Shown here piece by piece: positions 18,114-28,125 of a stretch of DNA of 64,000 nt. The notes below the pieces were generated by a model that saw nothing but the letters and a program-made list of their open reading frames with translations, was not told the DNA's origin and ran no database searches. Each line of letters begins with the position of its first letter. Position 1 is the first letter of the stretch. The DNA is from an uncultured Pirellulaceae bacterium. Its GTDB lineage: Bacteria; Planctomycetota; Planctomycetia; Pirellulales; Pirellulaceae. The stretch covers positions 5,183 through 69,182 of the forward strand of contig CAYWNA010000038.1 in assembly GCA_964459305.1 (NCBI GenBank), in the 5' to 3' direction. Both the position numbers and the translations under genes were made by a program.

Positions 18114-19556
18114 CTACCACATGTACTCAACACCAAACGTCCAGCCGTACCAAACAGCGTTGCCACTCGTGTCGACGGTAACGAGTCTTTCCGCCGGCGT
18201 CGCCCCCACCGGGACACCAAGTGCCGTAGGCGGAGCCGGATTGAAGTTCTCCGTTCCCAAAGCTACCCCCTCGCTGTACAAAAGCATGTATCCGCCTCGG
18301 ATCGTGAATTTGGGACTGACTTGGTACGTTGCCATTAGATCCACTTCGCCGACGAAAGACGCTTGGCTGCTGTGGGCCTCTTCGAATTGCCCTAGCGGAA
18401 TCGAGGTGGCCACGATTGACGTCTGCTGCCGCGCATCGTTACCGAAGAGACCAGCCTTGAGCTCGCCACCGACGTTCAGACCAGGCAGGAGGCACATCCA
18501 AAGGTCGCCCCCGGCTTGGGCTCCGTACAAATGGTTGACGGCCGTCACCTCGTAGTTCATGAACGGTGCGGGAGGTGTGTTCGGCGGGCTGCTGTTTAGA
18601 GGGGCGAGCGTGTTGTATTTCAAGTTGTCGCGTAGCTGAAAGTACCGGAAGCCTAACAGGTAGGACCCCTGAAATAGGCAGGTAGGGCCGACCCAGCGTC
18701 GTCGGTAGTTCGCTTCGATGGTGTTCATGCTGGTCTTGAACGTGAGTTCATGGAAGTCTGCCCGGTCGACTTCAACATACCCGAAGAACGGCACACCTCG
18801 CGGATTGGTACCAAACTCACTGAACGGAGACCAGAGCCTCGTCGTCGTATCCGTGACCGAGGCACCAGCGGACCAGTGAGTCATACCCAGATAGGTCACC
18901 TCGACATTGCTGCCAGGCCCCGTCTGGAAGGTGCCCGTCACGCGCAACCCTGGTTCGGTCCCCAACTCCAGGTCATCCGAGTCGAGGACAATGTTCGGAG
19001 GATCGGTCGGGGGCGAAGGGAAGCCCAACGACGAGAAAGGAACGTTCTCAGACACTTGGTCGCGTTCCAGGAACACGGCTTCGGCGTGAACGTCAAACCA
19101 GTGTGGGGCGCAGCAGCCTCCTTCGCTGTATGGCGCGAGCAGGCCCAGAATACGCAACAGGCCGCCCGCCAACCTACCCCCATGGTATCCTCCGTACGAG
19201 TAGTACTCGGCGTCCGCCTGCTGGTCCAACAGCTCTTCCAGTGTATCGGCTTCCAATGGGTCCGGGGGTTCCGGTGTCTCCGGTTGCGGTTCTGGTTGTA
19301 GGTAATTCGCCGGCACGACCTGTGAGAATCCGGCTGGTGCCACTTGAGACCAACCAGGCTGGTACGTCATCCCAGGTTGGTACATCATCGGCGGCAACGC
19401 CGCACTGCCCGCTGCAGATGGGTGCCATGATAGTGGCCGCGGCGGGTAGAAATAGGAAGGTTGACCGTGGACGGTCTGCCCACGCACGTCGACCTCGGAG
19501 GTAGAGAAAGCCAAGACGGCGACAATGGTGATCAACCAAGCCCGTTCAGTTGTCAT
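18114..19556 (-). CDS. putative outer-membrane beta-barrel protein, BBP7-like (paralog of 4729..6183)
   Basis: Signal peptide, Pro-rich N-region (PPDPLEADTLEELLDQ), C-terminal barrel ending ...GWTFGVEYMW. Confidence 0.55.
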   Translation of the reverse strand: MTTERAWLITIVAVLAFSTSEVDVRGQTVHGQPSYFYPPRPLSWHPSAAGSAALPPMMYQPGMTYQPGWSQVAPAGFSQVVPANYLQPEPQPETPEPPDPLEADTLEELLDQQADAEYYSYGGYHGGRLAGGLLRILGLLAPYSEGGCCAPHWFDVHAEAVFLERDQVSENVPFSSLGFPSPPTDPPNIVLDSDDLELGTEPGLRVTGTFQTGPGSNVEVTYLGMTHWSAGASVTDTTTRLWSPFSEFGTNPRGVPFFGYVEVDRADFHELTFKTSMNTIEANYRRRWVGPTCLFQGSYLLGFRYFQLRDNLKYNTLAPLNSSPPNTPPAPFMNYEVTAVNHLYGAQAGGDLWMCLLPGLNVGGELKAGLFGNDARQQTSIVATSIPLGQFEEAHSSQASFVGEVDLMATYQVSPKFTIRGGYMLLYSEGVALGTENFNPAPPTALGVPVGATPAERLVTVDTSGNAVWYGWTFGVEYMW

Positions 19557-19849
19557 GGAAGATGCTCTCCACTCCAGAAAAGTGACCCTTGACCGTGCCC
19601 GCAGGCAGGCGGTATCGAACTGATCTCAAATCGTCACCTCACGGCAAGCAGAAGCCAATAGCCGGAGGCGCAAAGGAGCATGTCTGCTCGACAGAACCTA
19701 TCGGTTCGGAATATCAGCTAGAATCAGTACTTTCCGATCTGCTGGAATAGTCGTCGCCAATTCGCGACGTTACCCAGATACCCTAAGTTGCAACGCAGGC
19801 GCAGAGGGGAGGTGCTGTGGGAAGTCGAAGGGCGCAGGGTACGCCTGAA

Positions 19850-21979
19850 TCAGAATAGCGTCTGTTGGGGATCGTGGTTGTCTGAGAGAGCGGCCAGCAG
19901 TTCTTCGGGATCGCCATCATCGTCTTTGATGATCAGCACGTTGTCGCCAAAATCTTCCTCGTCGATTTTTCGCCCGCGGTCGTCAAACTTGACGTCGGCC
20001 TCGGCCGTTTTGCGTCTGGCTACCTTGACCAACTGCAGGTACAGCCCTTCGCGGTCTGCACCGTTGATCGTGCTTACAGCCGTGGCCACCTCTCTGAGAT
20101 AACGCAGGAACACGGAGCGGCGCTCGCCCTCTTGCTTGACCTTCTTTCGGCGTCTCAGATACATCCCCAGTTTACGGCCAACGGCCTGGAGTGCCAAACG
20201 CAACTCCTTTTGGATCTCTGGATAACCTGCAATGGCTTCCTTCGATTCGCTGGTGAAAGGAACCCAGACGCTGGCCATGTGTACCATCACCGTCACTGGG
20301 CCGCTAGGCAACGATCCGCGAGACTGGCTGAGACCGTACGACCGCCAGTTCATTTTCATCACGGCCTCGGTTATCGCGCAATCACGCTGTTTGAACTGCA
20401 GGGGCACCCGATTGGCATAGCGAAATACCTGCATCGACTGACCTGCTGAGAGGTTAACGTTGCGCATCGCCTCATGCAGCCGTTTGATATCGGCATGTTT
20501 CAACTTGGCGGGCGATTGGCGCGTCCCAAACTTACCCTCCTGCAGGATTCGGTCCGCGGCCTCGGCGCCTAAACCGTCAAACGTGTTGATGATGAACTGC
20601 CGTAGCGTGCGGACATCACTTTCGCGAATCAGGTCGGTGAGCAGCTCGAGCGATACCTTCTGAGCGGTGTTCGTTCCACCGTAGGCCAAACCGACTTCGA
20701 TCTGAAATGGATTGCCCCGGTATACGGCCGGCGGCCGGGTGGCCGCACAATAGAATTCGCCAGGCACGACGTAACGCAAGCCCTTGAGCAGCAATTCCTC
20801 GCCGATGGGCGAAATACAGTCGGTGGTCGGCGCCTTGATTCTTGTCTTTTGGATTGCGCGATACAGGGAATCGGCTTCTTCGCGGCCAATCCGTTTGGTC
20901 GAAGCGCGCGTGCTTACACCAGCAGCTTCGCAGATTCGCCGGGCCACGGCCGGACTGACGCGGGAAAACGAGTCGGTCAGGAACTGAGACAGCGTGGTGG
21001 ATTTTGTCTCTTTGAGCATCGTCACCAAGCGTCCCAATTCGACGCCGTACGGATGTGGCTTGATTTCCTTCGGCTCGTCGGGCAACACAGTGGTCGAGCG
21101 ATGATAGGTCTTCTGGTTGCCTTCCGGATCGATGTAGTTGAGCGTGACGTGGGGATTGGCGATCGCCGTCTGCTCCAAGTAATCATCAACGCTCCCGCGC
21201 CCTCGCTGATAGCGGCCCTCTAACTCAATGGTCACGCGCGTGCCGCTTCTGACGGGTTGCGGTGGCTTGTCGCCTTCAGGATCATACTCCCCGACCCATT
21301 CGATGCCATGTTTCTCAATGTATCGCCGCCCGGCATCGTTGGGCGGTATGTCGACCCCATCGCCCTTGCCGTTGAGGATTTCGGGAACGTTGTTCTTGGT
21401 GTTGATTTGTATCTCGTAGTAGTGTGCCGGCTTGCGGATAGAGACCTTGGAAATGATCTTCACCGGCTTGCCCGTCGTTAGCATCCCGTACATGCCGGCG
21501 GCACTGATGCCGATCCCCTGCTGGCCGCGACTCATCCTCAGTCGGTGGAACTTTGATCCGTACAGCAGTTTTCCGAAAATCAACGGGATCTGTCGCTTCA
21601 CGATGCCGGGGCCATTGTCCTGGATGCCGATCTTGTAGCGGCTATCCCCGGTCTGCTCGATATGCACCCAAATCTCCGGCGTGATGCCAGCCTCTTCGCA
21701 GGCGTCCAGCGAATTGTCCACGGCTTCTTTGACCGTCGTCAGAAGCGCTTTTCGAGGGTTGTCAAATCCCAGTAAGTGACGATTCTTTGCGAAAAACTCA
21801 CTGACGGAAATGTCTCGTTGCTTGGACGCCATGGATTGGGCGGTCGCGCGACGACGCGCTTTGCCGTTTCCGGATGAATCGACTCTAATGCTGGCCTCGT
21901 CAGATGTCTGATTTCTCGACAATATGGGACTCCTTTGCCCGCTCGGAGGACAACACTCAGAGGACAATAAAGTCGACAA
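19850..21979 (-). CDS. top6B: DNA topoisomerase VI subunit B (type IIB topoisomerase GHKL ATPase + transducer)
   Basis: SVSEFFAKNRHLLGFDNPRKALLTTVKEAVDNSLDACEEAGITPEI...IQDNGPGI...GKLLYGSKF (Bergerat fold N/G1/G2 boxes). Transducer RGNPFQIEVGLAYGG, RYANRVPLQF, ASVWVPFTSESKEAIA all match archaeal Top6B. Confidence 0.85.
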   Translation of the reverse strand: MSTLLSSECCPPSGQRSPILSRNQTSDEASIRVDSSGNGKARRRATAQSMASKQRDISVSEFFAKNRHLLGFDNPRKALLTTVKEAVDNSLDACEEAGITPEIWVHIEQTGDSRYKIGIQDNGPGIVKRQIPLIFGKLLYGSKFHRLRMSRGQQGIGISAAGMYGMLTTGKPVKIISKVSIRKPAHYYEIQINTKNNVPEILNGKGDGVDIPPNDAGRRYIEKHGIEWVGEYDPEGDKPPQPVRSGTRVTIELEGRYQRGRGSVDDYLEQTAIANPHVTLNYIDPEGNQKTYHRSTTVLPDEPKEIKPHPYGVELGRLVTMLKETKSTTLSQFLTDSFSRVSPAVARRICEAAGVSTRASTKRIGREEADSLYRAIQKTRIKAPTTDCISPIGEELLLKGLRYVVPGEFYCAATRPPAVYRGNPFQIEVGLAYGGTNTAQKVSLELLTDLIRESDVRTLRQFIINTFDGLGAEAADRILQEGKFGTRQSPAKLKHADIKRLHEAMRNVNLSAGQSMQVFRYANRVPLQFKQRDCAITEAVMKMNWRSYGLSQSRGSLPSGPVTVMVHMASVWVPFTSESKEAIAGYPEIQKELRLALQAVGRKLGMYLRRRKKVKQEGERRSVFLRYLREVATAVSTINGADREGLYLQLVKVARRKTAEADVKFDDRGRKIDEEDFGDNVLIIKDDDGDPEELLAALSDNHDPQQTLF

Positions 21980-22134
21980 AGAGTGTAAAACGTTAGGGAT
22001 TATAACGATTTCAACTCCTTCTTCACAGCCGAGTTGCGCTTCACAGACGGACGATTGCCGACAATTGCCTCAAGCGGCAGATAAAGATTCACCCGTACCA
22101 GCGCTACCAACCGACTTACCTTGTATCAAGAGTA

Positions 22135-22614
22135 ATGAGTATGGGAAGGAGAGATTCGATGTTGCACAGCTTGACACGATCTACGTTTGCCGCAGTGGCG
22201 CTTGTGGCCGTGGTCGGTTCAAACATGTGGTGTGGTCGGCAAGCCGTTGCCGACGATCAGGAGTCGGCGGGGGAGCCGTACGTGAGTGTTGCTGCGTGCG
22301 AAAACGGCCAATTGTGCCGGCCGTGGGAATACGGAAATCCGGCGCTGTTCTACAACTTCTACGCGCCCAACCACTGTGGCGGGGTTCCGGCGGAGTTGTA
22401 CATCGCCCCGCGTCCGGTTCCACCGCTGGTTGGACACACGTACATAACCTATCAACCGCTGATGCCCCACGAGTTCATGTATCCGCACTACCGGACGTAC
22501 CGGAAATGGCACAACGACGGGCGCGGCATGACGCGGACCCGAGCGATTTGGTATAGCAACCCGGTGGCCAGTGCGTTGAAGGGCGCGAGAAATGCCATCC
22601 GCCTGCCTCGCTGA
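22135..22614 (+). CDS. secreted hypothetical protein (Tyr/Pro-rich)
   Basis: Signal peptide STFAAVALVAVVGS. No known motif. Confidence 0.45.
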   Translation: MSMGRRDSMLHSLTRSTFAAVALVAVVGSNMWCGRQAVADDQESAGEPYVSVAACENGQLCRPWEYGNPALFYNFYAPNHCGGVPAELYIAPRPVPPLVGHTYITYQPLMPHEFMYPHYRTYRKWHNDGRGMTRTRAIWYSNPVASALKGARNAIRLPR

Positions 22615-22670
22615 GCCCCGACAGATAGAATCCCTCCTCGACTATCCCTCCCACATTCAGGAACACGCCG

Positions 22671-23360
22671 ATGAAACGAACAAACCTTTTGATCCTATAT
22701 GCGGCATCGATCGCCCTGGTTGCGCTTTTCATGCAGGGGGCGTTCGCAAATGGAAAGCCCTGTCCGTGCGACACGCCGTCTGAACCAAAGGCCGCAAAGA
22801 CGACGCGGCCAGTGAAGGATGGTGGCCGCAAGTGCGTCCGCAGCGCTGGCTCGAAAGGCAAATGCGCCTCCTCCGCGCACGGCTCCAAGATCCTGGGGCG
22901 ACGAGCGGCCGCATGCAACTGCGGCGGTGCGGGAGCGTGTGCAGAATGCGGCCCCGCCCGTGGAATGTACTGTCGAGCCGCCGGGGCCATCGGCTACGGC
23001 GTAGCCGGCATGCGGGGCGCGATGCAGAGCGGCCAGCCACTTGTCGATCCATGGGCAAAGGCCGACTGGATGGCTGCCCAACAGGCGGCCACGAGATCAT
23101 GGCACGCGGGCTATTATCACACGCAGTGGGGAGTTCCCCTGGCGTTGATGGCCCCGCCACACGCGCGGACGCAAACGCGATGGGGCTGGGGAGTGGCCCA
23201 ATCCACAATGTTGCCGCTGTATCACCAGTACAAACGACCTTATCCTGGAGCCGTCACGGGCGACGGAACGGGAGCCGGGTACGGCCCGCTGCAGCCCACG
23301 CCAAGGTGGCCCAGCCATACCGATCAGTTCGGCGTCTATTATGTTCGCGGTCCGTGGTAA
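22671..23360 (+). CDS. secreted Cys-rich hypothetical protein
   Basis: Signal peptide LLILYAASIALVALFMQGAFA. CPCD...CNCGGAGACAECG Cys cluster. Confidence 0.45.
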   Translation: MKRTNLLILYAASIALVALFMQGAFANGKPCPCDTPSEPKAAKTTRPVKDGGRKCVRSAGSKGKCASSAHGSKILGRRAAACNCGGAGACAECGPARGMYCRAAGAIGYGVAGMRGAMQSGQPLVDPWAKADWMAAQQAATRSWHAGYYHTQWGVPLALMAPPHARTQTRWGWGVAQSTMLPLYHQYKRPYPGAVTGDGTGAGYGPLQPTPRWPSHTDQFGVYYVRGPW

Positions 23361-23447
23361 TGGCGCGGGGTACCACCCCACCTATTCCCGCCGCAAGGGT
23401 GATAAGCCCAGCCGACGCCAATTGAGAGAAGCAGGCGGCCAGATGCG

Positions 23448-24539
23448 TCAGAATAGACGCATCTGGCCGTTTTTACTGCGCGGCGGCCGGAATCGTGACG
23501 TATCCAGCGGCGGCAGCGGCCGGTCCAGTCCGTATTTCTTGGCAAACGCAGAGACTGTCGAACCGATGCTCTCAGCGTAGGCACCGGAACCGACCATTCG
23601 CTGGCCAAACTCCGGGTCGTTCAATCTGCCTTCACGCACCGTGCGGATCATCGCTTCCGTCTTGCTTCGCCCATGCGGGCAGTTTTGGTCCAGCCAATTC
23701 AAGAAGACGGGTGCCACGCTATATGGCAGGCGCAGCAATTCATAGCAAGCCTCAATCGCGCCTGCGTCTTTGGCCGCCTTTATGACACCCGGCACATGAT
23801 GATCTGTCAGCCCGGGAATGATCGGAGCCACCAACACTCGAACGGGAATCCCCGATTCGGTCAGCCGGCCGACGGCCCGCAGTCTGGCTTGCGGCGTTGC
23901 CGTACGCGGTTCCAGACTGCGCGACAGGTCGGCGTCCAGCGTCGCGAGGCTAATATTCACGTGTGCCAACTGGTCAGTCGCCATGGATGCCAACAGGTCC
24001 ATATCGCGCAGCACTAGCGAATTCTTGGTCGTGATCGCTGTCGCCTGCTTGGCCTCCAACATAACCTCCAACAGACCGCGAGTAATGCGAAGTTCCCGTT
24101 CGCACGGCTGGTAGCAGTCGGTCACTCCGGACATGGCAATCACCGCGCCCCGCCAAGAAGGTTGGCAAAGCTCCCGGCGCAGCAGCCCAGCCGCGTTGTA
24201 CTTGACGAGGATTTTGGTTTCGAACTCCAGCCCGGCGTTCATACCGAGCATCTCGTGGTATGGACGAGCGTAGCAGTACGCGCAGCCGTGCTCGCAGCCA
24301 CGGTACGGGTTCACGCTGAAGCGAAACGACACGTCGGGGCTGTCGTTCTGTGTGATCACCGTTTTCGATTCGTCCGGAAAGAACTGAGTCGGAACGGCGC
24401 GTGGTTCGAACCGGTCACCCTCGTCCTGGATCTGTTCCAGGTCCTCCTGGGCGTAAACCCGTTCGAAGCGGCTGGGCGGATTCACCGTCGATCCGCGGCC
24501 CATGATCGAGGACCGTCGTTTTCCTTTGGCGCGCATCAT
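23448..24539 (-). CDS. radical SAM protein, PA0069/Rv2578c (SPL-like DNA repair) family
   Basis: CEHGCAYCYA CxxxCxxC cluster near the N-terminus, 363 aa. Confidence 0.8.
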   Translation of the reverse strand: MMRAKGKRRSSIMGRGSTVNPPSRFERVYAQEDLEQIQDEGDRFEPRAVPTQFFPDESKTVITQNDSPDVSFRFSVNPYRGCEHGCAYCYARPYHEMLGMNAGLEFETKILVKYNAAGLLRRELCQPSWRGAVIAMSGVTDCYQPCERELRITRGLLEVMLEAKQATAITTKNSLVLRDMDLLASMATDQLAHVNISLATLDADLSRSLEPRTATPQARLRAVGRLTESGIPVRVLVAPIIPGLTDHHVPGVIKAAKDAGAIEACYELLRLPYSVAPVFLNWLDQNCPHGRSKTEAMIRTVREGRLNDPEFGQRMVGSGAYAESIGSTVSAFAKKYGLDRPLPPLDTSRFRPPRSKNGQMRLF

Positions 24540-24894
24540 CTACCCCGTTGAGTGGCGAGTGGGCTGAGGTCAGGATACGCCACTTGCCACTCGCAACACA
24601 AAAAAATGATACCGTGCATCTGAACATAAGTCCAGTTGCCGCGGGAGTGCGGGTGACATGGATCAGCCGACCCTGCGCCGAGCATTCAAGTTGACGACGT
24701 AACAGCTCGCCCCTACGATGGGACCGACGCCCGTCGTTTTGCCCGCTTGCTGGCGCGCTGTGTTCTGGTACCAACGCGCAGCCCATCGAACAGTGAGGCC
24801 GACCCGAACGACCGGCGCCGTTGCATTGGTGTTTGGTCGTTCGTAGACCATCATTTTCCCTCGCTCCCTGCTAGTCCGACACTCGAACGCCGAC

Positions 24895-25455
24895 ATGGGC
24901 CTCACGTACTTCAAGCGTTATCGCATGGAAATCGACGTTACCCGCCCTCTTTTCCCTTGGCCGGAAGCACCGGCCGGCTATACGTTGCGGGCCTGGGACG
25001 ATCAATTGCTGGAGGCCCATGCCGACGCAAAATCCCGCTGCTTCTGTCACGAAATCGACGCCAACGTTTTCCCTTCTTTGGGGCATATCGACGGTTGCCT
25101 CAGGCTGATGCAGGAAATTACCAGGCGCGATAGGTTTGTGGCAGAGGCCACATGGTTGCTCCAATACCGAAACCCCATTGACGGCTCGATCGCGTACTGC
25201 GGAACGATCCAGGGCATTCAGAAACGCAAAGGCCTCGGCGCGGTACAAAATGTGGGAATCGTGCCAGAGCATCGCGGCCTCGGGCTGGGGACGTACTTGT
25301 TGCGTCGGGCTTTGGAGGGATTTCGCGATGCAGGCTACGAACGCGTAAATCTGGAGGTGACGGCAAAGAACCTTGGAGCCCAGCGTCTGTACCGCCGCCT
25401 TGGGTTTCGTCGAGTTCGGACGGTTTATAAGACGGCAGAGGTTGCGTACGCTTGA
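24895..25455 (+). CDS. GNAT family N-acetyltransferase
   Basis: VPEHRGLGLGTYLLRRAL (acetyl-CoA binding motif A). Confidence 0.85.
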   Translation: MGLTYFKRYRMEIDVTRPLFPWPEAPAGYTLRAWDDQLLEAHADAKSRCFCHEIDANVFPSLGHIDGCLRLMQEITRRDRFVAEATWLLQYRNPIDGSIAYCGTIQGIQKRKGLGAVQNVGIVPEHRGLGLGTYLLRRALEGFRDAGYERVNLEVTAKNLGAQRLYRRLGFRRVRTVYKTAEVAYA

Positions 25456-25500
25456 GCGACTGGGTACCCTTGTGGCGGTCCTGCATCGTGACGCACGAAC

Positions 25501-26844
25501 TTGGCCTTTTGGCTGGGCCGGCTGTTGTATTCTCGTCGTTTTCCTGCCCCAATCAGGCTCCAACACGCAAAACCGAAGGTGACGGCACACGAAAACCCTG
25601 TGACTCAAACGATCTTCACCCATCAATTCGACAACGGCTTGGTTCTGCTCGCCGAGCCGATGGACTGGCTGGAATCGGCGGCATTTTCGTTGCTGGTCCG
25701 GGCAGGCTGCAATCAAGAGCCCGCGGATCGGTTGGGCTTGGCCAATTTTGTTTGCGAAATGGCCCAGCGTGGCTGCGGCGAGCGCGACAGTCGGCAGTTT
25801 GTGTCGGATCTGGAACTACTGGGCGCGGACACGTCGGCCTCGGTCTCGAATGCCCACAGCAGTTTCGGCGGTGCGATGCCGGCGGACAGCCTGTACAAGG
25901 CGATGTCCATCTACGCGGATGTCGTGCGTCGGCCGCACTTGCCTGCCGACCAAATGGAAGACGCTCGCATGGTCTGCTTCCAGGAGATACGCTCCATCGA
26001 CGACGACCTGCCCCAGCGAGTCTTCCTGCAATTGCGTTTGCTGCAATACGGCGTTCCTTTCGGCCGGTCGGCGCCGGGCACCATCGAATCGGTGCAACGA
26101 ATCTCGCTGGACGACATCCAGCAGTACTTCGAGCAGATCTACCGACCCAATGGTGCGATCCTGAGTGTGGCGGGAAAGTTCGATTGGCCGCAATTACGCA
26201 ACCATGTCGGCGAGCTGTTCGACGACTGGGAAACGATGGACGAGACGGAATTGAAGGAGACCCCGGCGTCTGGCAATCATCGGCACCTGGCCCACGAGTC
26301 CAGTCAAACGCACATCGGCGTCGCGTTCTCTAGCGTGCCTTACTCGCACCCGGACTATTTTCAAGCCCGCGGGGCGGTGGGCGTGTTGAGCGATGGCATG
26401 AGTTCGCGGTTGTTTACCGAGGTGCGCGAGAAGCGAGGACTGTGCTATGCAGTGTATGCCTCGTGCCACTCGCTTCGCGACCGGGGCAGCGTGTTGTGTT
26501 ATGCGGGAACGACCACCGAGCGTGCGCAGGAGACGCTGGACGTTTTGGTCGGCGAACTGGTTCGGTTGGGCGACGGAATCGAAGCCGACGAACTGGATCG
26601 CCTGAAGGCGAAGATCAAAAGCGGCTTGATCATGCAGCAGGAGTCTAGTCCGGCACGCAGCGGCGCCATCGCCGCCGACTGGTACCACCGCGGCCGCGTG
26701 CACACCGTCGACGAATTGGGACGCATCATCGACGGTCTGACATGCGACAGCATCAACGAATACCTCGCGTCTCACCCGCCGTGTGACTTTTCGGTTGTGA
26801 CGCTCGGTGCGAAAGAGTTGGAGAAGCCCGGTGAAGTTTCGTGA
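25501..26844 (+). CDS. M16 family peptidase, non-catalytic partner subunit (no HxxEH)
   Basis: M16 fold length and pattern but lacks a zinc motif. Its stop overlaps the start of the downstream active M16. Confidence 0.75.
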   Translation: MAFWLGRLLYSRRFPAPIRLQHAKPKVTAHENPVTQTIFTHQFDNGLVLLAEPMDWLESAAFSLLVRAGCNQEPADRLGLANFVCEMAQRGCGERDSRQFVSDLELLGADTSASVSNAHSSFGGAMPADSLYKAMSIYADVVRRPHLPADQMEDARMVCFQEIRSIDDDLPQRVFLQLRLLQYGVPFGRSAPGTIESVQRISLDDIQQYFEQIYRPNGAILSVAGKFDWPQLRNHVGELFDDWETMDETELKETPASGNHRHLAHESSQTHIGVAFSSVPYSHPDYFQARGAVGVLSDGMSSRLFTEVREKRGLCYAVYASCHSLRDRGSVLCYAGTTTERAQETLDVLVGELVRLGDGIEADELDRLKAKIKSGLIMQQESSPARSGAIAADWYHRGRVHTVDELGRIIDGLTCDSINEYLASHPPCDFSVVTLGAKELEKPGEVS

Positions 26845-28060
26845 ACATACACTCGACAACGGATTGGAGATCGTCGCCGAGTGCAATCCTAACGCGTACT
26901 CGACGGCGCTGGGCTTCTTTGTGAAGACCGGCTCGCGCGACGAGACTGGCGACAACCACGGTGTGAGCCACTACCTGGAGCACATGACGTTCAAAGGTAC
27001 GCCCACACGCAGCGCCGCCGACGTCAATCGCGAACTGGATGAGATCGGGTCACATTCCAACGCATTTACTAGCGAAGAACAAACCGTTTACTTTGCGGCT
27101 TTTCTGCCGGAATACCAGGATAGGGCGGTTGAACTGCTGAGCGACATCATGCGGCCGTCGCTGCGGGAGGACGATTTCCAGACGGAGAAAATGGTCATCC
27201 TGGAGGAAATCGCAAAGTACGAAGACCAGCCGCCGTTTGGCGCTCACGAAAAGTGCATGGCGGCACACTTCGGATCGCACCCGCTAGCGCGCAGCATCCT
27301 TGGCACGAGCGACAGCGTCGGTGCGTTGACACGCGAGCAAATGCTCGAATACTTCGGCCGTCGCTACAGCCCTAGCAACATGGTTGTGGTCGCTGCCGGA
27401 AACGTCGACTACGATCGATTGGTCTCGCTCGCGGACAAGTATTGCGGATCGTGGGAGCCTTTTGATGCCCCGCGCGAAATATCCCGCGCCGGCCCGCACA
27501 GCAGCACCGAGGTCATCTACAAAGAGGGGGCCGTTCAGCAATACGTCGTGCAGATCACGAACGGCCCGGCAATCGAAGATGACGATCGTTACGCAGGCCG
27601 GATTCTCGCCGCGGTTCTGGGTGACGACAGCGGCAGTCGGATGTTCTGGGAATTGATCGATACAGGGTTGGCAGAATGCGCCGCGATGAGCGCGTATGAG
27701 TATCAGGGCACGGGCATCGTGATGACTTTTCTATGCTGCTCGCCCGAGGACACGGCCACGAACTTGGCTTGCGCCCAAGAGATCTTGCGCGACGCAGAAG
27801 CCAGCGGCATCACCGACGCGGAGCTGGCTCAGGCAAAAAGCAAGATCCTATCTCACATCGTGCTGCAGAGCGAACGCCCCAGTAGCCGTTTGTTCGCCGT
27901 AGGAAGCAATTGGACACTGCGCCGCGAGTATCGGACGGTTCGGGAAATCATGGAGCGTTACGAGAAGGTAACCTGCGATGAGGTCGCCGCCGTTCTGGAG
28001 AAGTACCCGCTCACCGCGAACACCACGGTGGCCATGGGGCCGTTGAAGGAACTGCCCTGA
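26831..28060 (+). CDS. M16 family zinc peptidase (pitrilysin-like), catalytic subunit
   Basis: HYLEHMTFKGT (HxxEH) + downstream Glu. A GTG start at 26831 gives a 14-nt overlap with the upstream gene. The tool ORF starts earlier at 26807. Confidence 0.8.
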   Translation: MKFREHTLDNGLEIVAECNPNAYSTALGFFVKTGSRDETGDNHGVSHYLEHMTFKGTPTRSAADVNRELDEIGSHSNAFTSEEQTVYFAAFLPEYQDRAVELLSDIMRPSLREDDFQTEKMVILEEIAKYEDQPPFGAHEKCMAAHFGSHPLARSILGTSDSVGALTREQMLEYFGRRYSPSNMVVVAAGNVDYDRLVSLADKYCGSWEPFDAPREISRAGPHSSTEVIYKEGAVQQYVVQITNGPAIEDDDRYAGRILAAVLGDDSGSRMFWELIDTGLAECAAMSAYEYQGTGIVMTFLCCSPEDTATNLACAQEILRDAEASGITDAELAQAKSKILSHIVLQSERPSSRLFAVGSNWTLRREYRTVREIMERYEKVTCDEVAAVLEKYPLTANTTVAMGPLKELP

Positions 28061-28125
28061 CATACCCCGTGTTGAATCCTGGCGCGCTTGTCCCCAGCAA
28101 AGGCATCGGGGCGGTGCTACGCCAC

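Noticed and set aside
24548-24610. Hairpin gagtggcgagtggg/gccacttgccactc followed by an A-run upstream of the radical-SAM gene
   Set aside because: The orientation does not fit a terminator for either strand (A-tract on the wrong side).
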